This document shows, piece by piece, positions 13,465 to 25,465 of a stretch of DNA of 64,000 nucleotides. How positions within the stretch are numbered: the stretch's first letter is position 1; each line of letters begins with the position of its first letter. A model generated the notes under the pieces. It was not told the origin of the DNA. It worked only from the letters and a program-made list of their open reading frames with translations, and ran no database searches. Source of the DNA: Octopus vulgaris (taxonomy: Eukaryota); contig OX597824.1 of the NCBI GenBank assembly GCA_951406725.2, positions 56,730,001 to 56,794,000 of the forward strand, given 5' to 3'. A program made the position numbers and the translations under genes.

Positions 13465-13768
13465 ATATTATAAATATATAAATTATATACATATTATATG
13501 TATACATATTATGTATATATATATATAATCTCTCTCTCTCTCTCTTTCTATATATCAGAATTAAACAGCCGAAATTTGCGATGATGAATCGGTTTCTGAC
13601 TGAAGAACGAAGGTTTTGAATGACCCGTCTGTCTCTTATGTTCGTCCCTTCGTGTATTTCACGTTATTTATATATGTAAAGGTTTATTATATGATTGATT
13701 CTAGTTTCAGCTTATGAGCTGTGGCCATGCTGGGGCACCGCCATTTGGTGTTGCTACTTGGTTTCACT

Positions 13769-16752
13769 TCACGAAAGCTTTCTAGCAACTGCCATTTGGT
13801 GCATGAGAGAGTTCGATGCAGCTGCCCTCATCTGCCCCTCCTGCCGTGAAGTTGGTTCATCTGGGACACCTGACAGGAAGAGATCCAGCTTCATTTTAAA
13901 GACATCTGCATCCATCCCATGCAGGTCTCTCAGGTTCTTCGGGAGGATATTGAAGAGCTGTGGGCCTCGGAAGCCCAGGCTATCACAGAATCTTGTCCTA
14001 CAACTTGATGGCAAGTTTGGAGTCCTAGGCACCACGCAGTGGCTCCCAGTTCTGGCATTTGCGTAACTCTCGATGCCAAAGTTCAGGACACTTCCCTCCA
14101 GGATCTTCCAGATGTATATTATGGCATATCTTTCCCGCCTACGCTCCAGGGAATATAGTTTTAATCTCTTGAGTCTTTCCCAGTAGCTTACATTCTGCAT
14201 AGAGGCTATCTTCTTCGTGTAGCTACGTTGGATCGCCTCGAGCTCTGTGATCAACTTGACACTGGATGGTGACCATAACTCAAAGTGGCTTAGGACAAGT
14301 GTCTTCCAGAGGACCATCATGGTTTCTTGTTCTCTTGTTCTAAAGGTTCTGAGGATCCATCCGGCCAGTCGTCTACATTTCATTGCCAATTTAGCAACAT
14401 GTACACGAAAGGTCGCGTCATCACTCATGTAAATACCTAGGTCACGCACTGATTGTGCATCTGGGATTGCTATTCCTCCGGGTCCAGTGTATTCATTAGG
14501 TATTGCATTTAGTTTTGCATGCTGATAGTATAGAGCTTGAAACTTTTCAGCATTGAACTGCATGCTATTCTTTTCGGCCCACTTGTATATTTTGTCTAGC
14601 TCACATTGCAGGTGTTTAGTGTCCTCAGGGTTTTGTATTGCCTGTGAAACTTTTGTATCATCTGCATAACTTGTGATCGTGGCTCTCTGCGTGGCTGAGG
14701 GCATGTCTGAGAGGGCCATTATGAACAGTAGTGGTCCCAGAACAGTGCCCTGCGGAACACCGCTCACTATTTGCGTGCTAATGGAAGTGGCCCCATTGGC
14801 CACTACCACCTGACTTCTATCTTTCAGAAAGTCATAAAGCCATTCTCCCAGTTTTCCAACTATGTTGAGATCACGCAGTTTGTGACATATCATTCCATGA
14901 TCGACTTTATCAAAGGCCTTTGCAAAGTCGAGATATATCACTTCCACATTTGAGTGGTTGAGCAGCCGTTTCAGCACCCAGTCATAGTGTTGTAGGAGCT
15001 GAGTTAAACAGCTTCTCCCTGGTCGGAAACCATGTTGGGTGTCGGGCAGCAAGTCATTCTCTTCAAGGAAGGTGATCAGCTTCCTTCTGACTATTCGTTC
15101 CATGACCTTGCTGATGTGTGAGGTCAGAGAGATAGGTCTATAGTTCTTGGCTTCCGCTCTGCTACCTCCTTTATGAATGGGGCATATTTTACCTTCCTTC
15201 AGTTTTCTTGGAAGTTTGCCAGCTGCAAGGAAGCTCTGAAAGAGGAACTGCAGTGGTCTTGCTAGGACTCTCTTACATGCTTTTAGGAGGATTGCCGGGA
15301 ATCCATCGGGGCCAGTAGCTGAGTCTGTTTTCATTTCATCTATAGCCTTGATTACATCGTCTTCCTTTATATCGATGTAATCTATCGTCGCCGCCTCTGA
15401 TTTTATATCTGCAGTGGTAAAAAAGTCAGTTGGATTGGTGATTTGGAGATGCCCAAGGGGTGGAGTGAAAACACTCTTGAATTGCTCATTCAGTATTTCA
15501 CTTACCCTCATTGGTTTTCCTGTAAGTGTGTCATCCTTTTCGAGGAGTGGCCCTATTCTACAGTGCACCGTAGCTGTTTCTTTGGCATACCTGTAGAAAG
15601 CTCTGGGGTTAGATTTTATGTTGTCTATAGCCCAGGCTTCTTTGTCTGCTCTTTCCTTTTCATGGGAGAGTTGCAGACATTTTTCGATTTCCAACAGTTT
15701 TATTTTTAGGCGGGACTTTTCACTGCTTTCAATCTGTTTGTTTAGGCGATTTGAAAATTTTGTACGCCGTCTCATTAAAATTTTCCTCTCTCTGGGGATT
15801 TTGTTCTTGTGTACAGTGGCCTTTCTCTCTGGGACACATTTGTAGCATATGGCTTGCATTACAGACATGAATTGTTGAAGTTTCACGTCGATGTCTGGCG
15901 AGGAGAGACATTTAGGCCAGTTTTGTTTGAGGATCTCTTTCTCAATTTGTTTCCAGTTTGCCTTATGGTAGTTCAAGCTGGAAAGATTCTGAGGGTTTCT
16001 TGTAGGCTGCATGTCCGTGCTCTCTTTTGGCCCGTACATGGTCAGCTCTATCATGTTGTGATCCGAGAGTAGTGTCGGTGTCACTTTCACATTATAGATG
16101 AGATCCATGTCATTTGTGAAGCAGAGATCCAGTGTGTTACCTGCCCTGGTTGGTTGGAGTATTACCTGCTCCATGTACAGGGTGTTGATGAGGTTCAGGA
16201 GGGACCTCGCCTGTTCTCGTTCACATCTTGTCATTCCTGGGAGAGAAAGGCCCTCGGGCCATCTGACATTGGGCAGATTGAAGTCTCCCATAAGAAGTAC
16301 ACTTATGTGTTGTTCTAATGTGGTTAGAACTTCTTCTATTTTTATAAGGCAGTCTTCAAACTTGCCCACATGGCTTGGGGCATCTGGAGGGCGATATGTA
16401 GCACACACAACTACATCAAGTTGCCTAATATGTACAATTAGTGTGTCACACACCGAGTTTGAGTATGACAAGAGGACCTGGGGTGTGAGGTCCTCACGGA
16501 TGTACATAGCAACACCTCCATGACTCCTTTCTTTCCTGTCGGTCCGTAGTACAGCATACTGTGGTATGTGTAACTCCGATCTGCTATATCCGGTTTCAGG
16601 TGCGTTTCCGTTAGTGCTATGCATAAGGCTTGATTGCATGCAACAAAATCTCTCAGGAACGGGATCTTTGTCCTGTTACTGAGTGTTTGCAGTCCTCTGA
16701 TGTTCAGTAGGAGCATCGAGGTGAGGTGTACATTGTTGCCGGTGGTGTCCAT
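13769..16752 (-). CDS. LINE ORF2: APE endonuclease plus reverse transcriptase (one frameshift near 16580)
   Basis: LLNIRGL, ALTETHL, HGGVAMY, MGDFNLP, TLDLCFTN, SDH (APE); NYRPISLTS, QHGFRPGRSC, YLDFAKAFDKVDH, GVPQGTVLGPLLF, YADD (RT). Confidence 0.95.
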
Positions 16753-17609
16753 CCTGGGTCTGTTTGCTGTGGTGGTCTGGTATATAGTGGGTAGTCCCAC
16801 CTGCGGGCTTGGGTTTGATGAAGCCAGGTCAGCTGCTGTACAATCTTTTGTGCCATGCACAAAAAAGATTGTTGCTCAGCAGCTGCCCTTTCGACAACAT
16901 CATGTTGGTGGTTTGTGGCACGCACAACATCTGTGTACCTCCGCTTTGGGGCAAGTGGTGCGTGGTCCATCCCTTTTCCTTGTGTTGATGGTTTGTCCAT
17001 CTGCATCGTGTCTCTGTGGCAGGGTCCCCGATGTGCAAAGCGGCAGCCTGCACCTTCCTTTCCATGCCAGCAGGAACCTCTCAGGTAGAACCTACACACC
17101 CGTGTGCGCTGCCTGTTTCCATATTTTGCGGTTCCACTTCTATTCCTGGTTTTTTCACCCTTTGGTCCTGCTTGAGCTTTTCATTTAGCTCTTCCAGCCC
17201 TTCTTTTAGTTCTTCCTCCTCCCTCTACTTCTTCACCGGGTTCTCCGTCTCCATGGCCTTTGCTGCCGGTTGGAGAACTTGCACCTGGGTTCACTTCCCG
17301 GGCAGGTTTCTCATTCAAAACCTCCTCCCGGGCGTCCACCAGGTGGGGGTGACTTCTTTCATCGTCTCCATTCTTGCCATCTTTGCCCCGCTCGTTCTCA
17401 AAGATGGCATCAAGTGCGCCAATGTGCGACCGTATAAGCGCATATGAGCGCACGAATTCCCGTCTCTTTCGCTCCATCTGAGCCGCTGTCCTCTTGTAGC
17501 CTTTGCTCTTCAGCGCAGCCGCAATCACCTCGCTAGGGCTATCTCCGTCGGCGCACTTCCAGGCTCGTACGAATAAATCTAGTTCGTCAGGTCTCCATGC
17601 TCTGGACAT
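16704..17609 (-). CDS. LINE ORF1 (~300 codons) with Myb/SANT-trihelix-like N-terminus and CCCH zinc finger; one in-frame TGA at 17181-17183
   Basis: Track ORFs 17181..17609 and 16704..17099 are in the same frame; WRPDELDLFVRAW...IAAALKSKGYKRTAAQMERKRREFVRSY; CRFYLRGSCWHGKEGAGCRFAH. Confidence 0.75.
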
Positions 17610-17669
17610 GCTGGATGATCTGTCTATTTGTTTATCTATCTAACTATGTTCGAGAGAAGACAAGGAGAT

Positions 17670-17880
17670 ATTAAGGCTAATTAGAAGATAGAGTATTTGG
17701 AAAAAAAAATATTAACAATATTAAAGTTTGTGGGTAAAAACGTTATTTAATCTTAAGGCTAATTAGGAGATAGAGTATCTGAAAATATATTAGCAATATT
17801 AATATTATATTAGAGTGTGGGTAAAAACGTTATTTAATCTTAAGGCTAATTAGAGGATAGAGTATTATTAATATTAATAT
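17670..17880. repeat. ~85-bp tandem units on the LINE 5' side
   Basis: TTAAGGCTAATTAG..GATAGAGTAT at ~17671, 17753 and 17840. Confidence 0.8.
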
Positions 17881-17911
17881 TAATATATATATATATATAT
17901 ATATATTAATA

Positions 17912-17963
<52 letters not shown>

Positions 17964-18112
17964 TATATACATATATATATATATAATATATATTTATAAT
18001 ATATATATGGCCACAGCTCATGAGCTGGAAAAATCAAAATCAATCATATAATATGTCGATATATAATACGTAGTATAACATATATATAATTTATATATTG
18101 ATAATACATATA

Positions 18113-18519
18113 TACTCTTTTACTCTTTTACTTGTTTCAGTCATTTGACTGCGGCCATGCTGGAGCACCGCCTTTAGTCGAGAAAATCGACCCCGGGTCT
18201 TATTCTTTGTAAGCCCAGTACTTATTCTATCGGTCTATTTTGCCGAATCGCTAAGTGACGGGGACGTAAACACACCAGCATCGGTTGTCAAGCAATGCTA
18301 GAGGGACAAACACAGACACACAAACACACACATACATATATATATATACATATATACGACAGGCTTCTTTCAGTTTCCGTCTACCAAATCCACTCACAAG
18401 GTATTGGTCGGCCCGGGGCTATAGCAGAAGACACTTGCCCAAGATGCCACGCAGTGGGACTGAACCCGGAACCATGTGGTTGGTTAGCAAGCTACTTACC
18501 ACACAGCCACTCCTGCGCC
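18113..18519 (-). mobile_element. tRNA-derived SINE family B (CORE-like body, CR1/L2-like tail)
   Basis: GGCGCAGGAGTGGCTGTGTGG (A box), GGGTTCAGTCCC (B box), CTTGGGCAAGTG, tail GGCGGTGCTCCAGCATGGCCGCAGTCAAATGACTGAAAC then (GTAAAAGA)n. Confidence 0.9.
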
Positions 18520-18527
18520 TATATATA

Positions 18528-18639
<112 letters not shown>

Positions 18640-18939
18640 TGTTTTTTGATATTCCTTGATACAGTTATAATACTCGGAGAGAAGTTTTTTCTCAAAGACT
18701 TAAAATTGAGAAAAGAACCTTTTTAGAATGTCGAAAGAAACTAACCTTTGGGAAGAGATTTCACAAAATGTTTGTGGCGTTTGCTTCTATGTGCAAACGC
18801 CTTCATTTTTTAACGTTCTGAAGCACGTGTTATTATATATTGTGAAAAAATTGTTTTCAGTAAAATTGTTGTTGACTATTTCCGGTTTAGTTTAGGACTC
18901 AGAAATCTTATGAAATATTCATCCTTTGCCTTTGTTCTC

Positions 18940-19565
18940 TTAATTTATGTTATGAATAGGGAAAATTGTAAATTTTCCTTGTGCACAGGTGTCCAAATGA
19001 TCGCTACATGTGAGATGTTTTATTTGATGTCTGTGCACATTTACCGGATTGGTTAGTTTCGTTTTTATTTCCCAGCTATAATGTTCGTTGCGTCGTGGGC
19101 ATGTGATACAATATATCAGGTTTTTGCTTTTACAGTTCATATTTGCATTCACCCTTTATTCTTTTCCATTCTTGAATGTTTTGGCTAGTCCCTGTTGTAT
19201 TAAATCACATGTCCCACAACGGGGGTCTCCACATTTGGTAACGTGCATCATTTCCTCTAATGCAAATCTTGCTTTGGTTAGAAGTTTCTGAAGATTAGTG
19301 GTTGCCTTCGGCTGTTGATTATTTGTTGTTCCTTGATTATTTATCGGAGACATGGGAACTGGTGTAGAATTGGTAGAAGGCGTTTGGCTGCCTGTAGAAT
19401 ATTGTGGTTCATGGGATTGTGAGTGATAGCAAATGAGATATTTTTATGTTCATTTTTCCGTTTATCCTCAGTGTGAGTGTTTTTTTTTCGCAGTGTAAAG
19501 ATTGGGATATTTTTAGCTTCAGTTATCACTTGGTCTATTAGTTGGAAGAGTATTTTTGTTTTTAA
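18940..19565 (-). pseudogene. Penelope-like linker plus GIY-YIG endonuclease fragment (canonical, non-Naiad type)
   Basis: KCGDPRCGTC, NCKSKNLIYCITC, HRHQI, HLDTC, FTIFPI in frameshifted pieces. Confidence 0.85.
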
Positions 19566-19599
19566 GGAACAAGTTAAGCTCTGGACACCACCAAACTAA

Positions 19600-19872
19600 T
19601 AGACCAAGCGATAACTGCTTTTAAATGAAGATAAGTTTGATTTGATCTACTTTGGGAAAGAGGAAACTCTGAAATTACCATATGCTCTTCCCTCAGCGAC
19701 TCCCCAGTGTCATTCAACAACACCAGAGATCTTGGAGTAATTATTGATAACAATCTAAACTGGAGTTCCCACGTAAACAGCAAGGTTGACTTGGCCCTCA
19801 AGATGTGCTCCTGGATTCTGAGAACTTTCCAGTCTAGAGATGCCTATACCATCATCCTTCTCTACTCTACTC
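19600..19872 (+). mobile_element. CR1/L2-group RT C-terminal fragment
   Basis: RDLGVIIDNNLNWSSHV...WILRTF resembles ORF2 RDLGIYMSDD...WILRTF. Confidence 0.8.
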
Positions 19873-20215
19873 TACCGGTTGAGGTAAAGTAATTGTGACG
19901 TAAAGTTGCTTTACTTTACCGGTTGAGGTAAAGTAATTGTGACGTAATGTTGCTATGTGTACCGAGTTCGGTTTTTGTAGTGGGCAGATAGCACGGGAGC
20001 CAAGTCTTGGATGGATTTTAAAATTGATGCCAACATCATTTGTGCAATATTGATGGAATATTTTCTACATAACACAAATGATGTAGCGCTCCCGACGGCG
20101 TTGAAGAGAGTAGAGAATGAGTTTTTTAGTCAATGCCCCTCATGCCGTCTATCTTTCTTTTTATTGACCTCTGGAGTGCTTCTACTTTCATAATGAGCTG
20201 CTTCGTATGGGGGGA

Positions 20216-20680
20216 CTACAGTGGGCAACAGTATTCAAGTTGGGGTCGGGCAAAAGTAGAGTAGAGAAGGATGATGGTGTAGTCATCTCTAGATCGGAAA
20301 GTTCTCAGAATCCAGGAGCACGTCTTGCAGGTCAAGTCAATCTTGCTATTTACGTGGGAACTCCAACTTAGATTGTTATCAATAATTACTCCAAGGTATC
20401 TGGTGTTGTTGGATGATACTAGGGATTTCAGAGTTTTCTCTTTTCCAAAGTGGATCAAATCAAACTTACCTTCATTTAAAAGCATATTGTTTTTTTCCGC
20501 CCATTGGACAACAGCAAATAGATCTGAGTGAAAGCATGTTCAGTCTCCCACGCCTTTTATGGATTTCTGGAGTTTGGAATCATCTGCAAAGATTTTCAAT
20601 TTAGAATGTTTGATGACATCTGCTATGTCGTTGATGTAAATAATGAAGAGGAGTGGGCCCAACACTTCTGACTTTGGCTC
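20216..20680 (-). mobile_element. CR1/L2-group RT fragment, inverted relative to 19600-19872
   Basis: VLGPLLFIIYIND, FADD, YLGVIIDNNLSWSSHV, RPQLEYC. Confidence 0.85.
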
Positions 20681-20705
20681 AGCTGGATCGTATTCCCATA
20701 TATCA

Positions 20706-20764
<59 letters not shown>

Positions 20765-20809
20765 CATATAAATATCATATATACATCATCTATTTATATT
20801 ATATCTCTC

Positions 20810-21016
20810 TTTTTATTCTTTTACTTGTTTCAGTCATTTGACTGCGGCCATGGTGGAGCATCGCCTTTAGTCGAGCAAATCAACCCCGGGACTGATTCTT
20901 TGCAAGCCCAGTACTTATTCTTTCGGTCTATTTTGCCGAACCGCTAAGTGACGGGGACGTAAACACACCAGCATCGGTTGTCAAGCAATGCTAGGGGGAC
21001 AAACACAGACACACAA

Positions 21017-21083
<67 letters not shown>

Positions 21084-21253
21084 CATATATACGACAGGAT
21101 TCTTTCAGTTTCCGTCTACCAAATCCACTCACAAGGTATTGGTCGGCCCGGGGCTATAGCAGAAGACACTTGCCCAAGATGCCACGCAGTGGGACTGAAC
21201 CCGGAACCATGTGGTTGGTAAGCAAGCTACTTACCACACATCCACTCCTGCGC
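20810..21253 (-). mobile_element. SINE family B copy
   Basis: Near-identical to 18113-18519 with a longer (CA)n. Confidence 0.9.
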
Positions 21254-21277
21254 GTATATATATATTAAATGTATACA

Positions 21278-21361
<84 letters not shown>

Positions 21362-21412
21362 TTTATATATCATATATATTATATATATATATATCATATA
21401 TCTGTAAATATA

Positions 21413-21478
<66 letters not shown>

Positions 21479-21529
21479 TATATTTACAGATATATGATAT
21501 ATATATATATAATATATATGATATATAAA

Positions 21530-21591
<62 letters not shown>

Positions 21592-21752
21592 TATATCTGT
21601 AAATATAATATGTGACAATTATTCGGTAGCCATGACAATTATTCGGATGTCGGGGCGGAAACCCACGCCGGCATCTCTTCAGTTATCAGGCCATCAAGAA
21701 AATGCTATATATCATATATATGTAATATCTATCTATCTATCACATATATATG

Positions 21753-21790
<38 letters not shown>

Positions 21791-21850
21791 CGTCTATATC
21801 TATCATCTATATCTATCATAGATTCATAGATATAATATATATTTATCCGC

Positions 21851-21909
<59 letters not shown>

Positions 21910-23685
21910 CATACATATATATGCACACATATAAACACATAGATGTATAGTTATATGTATATGTATGAGCGTTTTAAATGCATATGTGTATGTTTGTGTG
22001 TGTGTGTGTATGTTTGTGTGTGTGTTTGCATGTGTGTAGTATATGTACAAACCTACATATTTACACACACACAGACACAGACACACGCACACACACGTAT
22101 ACACGCATACACATACATTCATATACACTTATTTACCTCCTACTCTCTCTCTCACACACGCGCACTGAGACACGCACACACACATACATTTTTGTTTACG
22201 ATCCTCCCTCCTACTCCTGTTGTTTGTTGAGTCATGTTCCAGAAATAAAGATAAGGTCACGTAAACCGTGGTGTGCTCCATCAAATATGGTCGCTTCTCT
22301 CCCACTTCACTCTTTCTCTTTTTCTCAGCGTCTGTCTGCCTGTCCCAGTCTCTCACTCTTTTTAACCCTTCTTTCTACCTCATCTCCCGACTCTTGTCCA
22401 GCAATAACCAACAAGAGGAAACAGAACCAAAGCCGCTGGGACCAATAATTTAGAAAATCTGAACATAAATGTAACTGTAACCGATCTGTCGTCATGATAG
22501 CTTATAACATTAGCAACAACAATAACGACAACGACAAAAACGACGACGATGACAACAACAACAGTTACAACATAGCAACGACTACCACAACAACAAACAA
22601 ACGAACAACAATAACATCAACATCAGTGGCAGCAGAAACGGAGACGTCGTTACGTGGTCTCTTGAGCTGCTAGCAATATCAGCCAACTCTCTCTTAAATC
22701 ACACTATCATCATGAGATAATGTGATTGCTGATGTTTCGAAAGTGGCCGGATGGTTGTGGTAGGAAAGCTTTTGATGATAAGTTTGCTCTTTCACGAGTG
22801 ACCTGGGGCTAAACATCAACAAGGGAATACTGGACTTACTAGAAATATATATCAAATTATATACTGACTCAAAAATATACACACTGGATAATGTCTTTGT
22901 TATATAGACTATGTAAAAGAAAGATCTATTTTGCCCCAGCTGAGCTTGCTGTAGAATACGCTCACAGTTTAAATCCATTACATCCCTATTTTTCTTCAGT
23001 GAAAGAAAAATACCAGTTACTAAGGTTATGTCACTGTAAATCTTGTCGACAAATTTCTTGTCCGTTTAGTACTCTAAAGAACCAAATCTTCATATTTGTT
23101 GTTAATGTCGGAGGAAAACCTATCATTTCAGTTACTTTATGTCTGTGTGTTTATCCTGTTAGCAGTAATTACTTTTCAGTTGTTGTTGGTTAAACCCAGG
23201 TCAGCCATAATTAGTCGGATCTATGGTACAGGCCATTCCAGCCATACCCATCACGTCTGCTTTCTGCAATAGTGTGCCGTAGACTACATTATTCGAAGTG
23301 CCTTTTAAAGATGGTTGAGTGTGTTTTGAGGAAGATTTGGGTCCTATGTCTAGCAGATTGATAGACTACGTAGAAACTCTCTGGAACGGTCGTAGTCTCT
23401 AATTGTGGTGAATGCGTAATGGATTGGTTCAACAGCAGATCCAGCAATCCTGTTTCAGTCTCAGAAGAAATCCTTTAGCTTCAGTTACATCGCGTATATT
23501 TCTCTAAACTGGCCAACGTGGTATAAGGTGGTGACACTCTAAAATGGTTTCTAATTTTGGCAGAAAACCAACAGTTTTTGAGGAGCCGGGGATTAGTCAA
23601 TACCCTTACTCCACTATTTGACTGTTACCTTGCTTTATCGACCCACGAAGGACGACATTTAATCTCAAAATGTAAAGAACTATAG

Positions 23686-23842
23686 CTGCAGGTGTGGCTG
23701 TGTGGTAAGAAGTTTGCTTCCCAACTACATGGTTCCGGGTTCAGTCCCACTGCACGGCACATTGGGCAAGTGTCTACTATAGCATCGAGCCAACCAAAGT
23801 CTTTTGAGTGGATTTGGATGACGGAAACTGAAAGTATCTATC

Positions 23843-23890
<48 letters not shown>

Positions 23891-24050
23891 TGTGTTTACG
23901 TCCCCGTAAATAAGCAGTTCGGCAAGCAATACCGATAGAATAAGTATCTGGCTTAAAAGTATAAGTACTGGGGTCGATTCATTCGGCTAAAAATTCTTCG
24001 AGGCGGTGCTCCAGCATGGCCACAGTATAATGATAAACAAGATAAAGGGT
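23686..24050 (+). mobile_element. SINE family B copy (diverged)
   Basis: GTGGCTGTGTGGTAAG...GGGTTCAGTCCCACTG...GGCGGTGCTCCAGCATGGCCACAG. Confidence 0.85.
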
Positions 24051-24784
24051 AAAAAAAAATAAAAGAACTAAGGACACGCTAAAATGACTGAATGGTCACA
24101 GCTAGCACACCTTTAATCATAGGTACACCTTTCATCATAAGTCTGCTCAGTTAGGGTTTACGTTAGGTTAAACAACAATATTTTCTAAATGTCTGTGTTT
24201 ATGCTTATGTAAATGATGAAATATACCAATGTTCTCGATTATTTAGGTAGTTCCCATATTGTATCTCATGGTTCCGGGTTCAAATCTTACCAAATCAATT
24301 ACGAGTTGTTTATGCTGTTCAGGTCAGACTTGATCAAGCAGGCCTCTGGTATAAATAACACCATCCAAGGTGTTCCTTCCTTTTTAAAATGGTGGGATAT
24401 GATTTAAGGAAAATTTGGCTGCTATTTCTAGCATAGCAGATATGGTGGTAATGTAGAAACTCCCTCGTATCAGTAATTCCCTACGTACAAGTAATTCAAT
24501 AAGGTCACTTCCAACAATTCTCTTCTCTCATCACACAACAAAGGTTACGTGACTTTGGTAAAAGTAAATCGTTACTTATTTAGTCACGAATGCAGTGGAG
24601 AATCGGACAAGGTATGTGTCATTGTGTGTGCGAGAGGGTTGTTTAAATATATGTCAGCCCCGACTGAGTAAATCTTTGATCAAAGGCGTTCCAGTCGTGA
24701 CCACGCTCTTCTTCTTTCAGGTATTGTGTAAACATGTAAAGTAGAAATAAAAAAGAGAAAAAGATAATAGGAAGTGTGTCTGTG

Positions 24785-25420
24785 AGAGAGAGCGAGAGAG
24801 AGAGCAATAGAGAAAGAAAGAGAGAGAGAAAGAGAGAAAGAGAGAGAGGGAAAGAGAGAGAGAGAGGGAGGGAAAGAGAAAGAGAGGGAGGGAAAGAAAG
24901 AGAGAGAGCAGGAAAGAGAGGAAAGAGAGAGAAGAAAAGAGAGAGAAGAAAAGAGAGAGAGAAAGAGACAGAGAAGGAGAATGGGAAAGAGAGAGAAAGA
25001 AAGGGAAACAGAGAAAGAGAGAGACAGGGAAAGGCAGAAAGAGAGGAAAGAGAGAGAGAAAGAGGGAGAGAGGGAAAGACGGAGAGAGGGAAAGAAAGAG
25101 AGAGAGAGGGAAAGAGAGAGAGAGAGGGAAAGAGAGAGAGAAAGAGAGAGAGGGAAAGAGAGAAAGAGAGAAAGAGAGAAAAAGAGAGAGAAGGAAAGAG
25201 AGAAAGTGAGGAAAGAGAGAGAGAGGAAAAGAGAGAAAGAGAGATAGGGAAAGAGGGAGAGAGAGAAAGAGGAGAGGGAAAGAGAGAGAAAGAGGGAGAG
25301 AGAAAGAGAGAGAGGGAGGGAAAGAGAGGGAGGGAAAGAGAGGGAGGGAAAGAGAGAGAAAGAGGGAAAGAGAGAGAGACAGGAAAGAGAGAGAGAGAGG
25401 AAAGAGAGAGAGAGAGAAGA

Positions 25421-25465
<45 letters not shown>
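24785..25465 (+). repeat. ~680-bp polypurine (GA-rich) tract
   Basis: Almost purely G/A. Confidence 0.95.

Larger units (their letters stand above)
13690..17880 (-). mobile_element. Near full-length CR1/L2-group LINE
   Basis: ORF1 plus APE-RT ORF2, short 3' UTR ending ...CAGCTCATAAGCTGAAACTAGAATCAATC, tandem repeats on the 5' side. Confidence 0.92.

Noticed and set aside
13596-13635. CTGAAGA...GAATGACCCGTC motif (related sequence at ~6205-6240, minus strand)
   Set aside because: GAAU core and unconvincing stems I and II.
17181-17183. Selenocysteine readthrough of the in-frame TGA in LINE ORF1
   Set aside because: Lies in an Arg/Lys stretch where CGA-to-TGA decay is simpler; no SECIS recognised.
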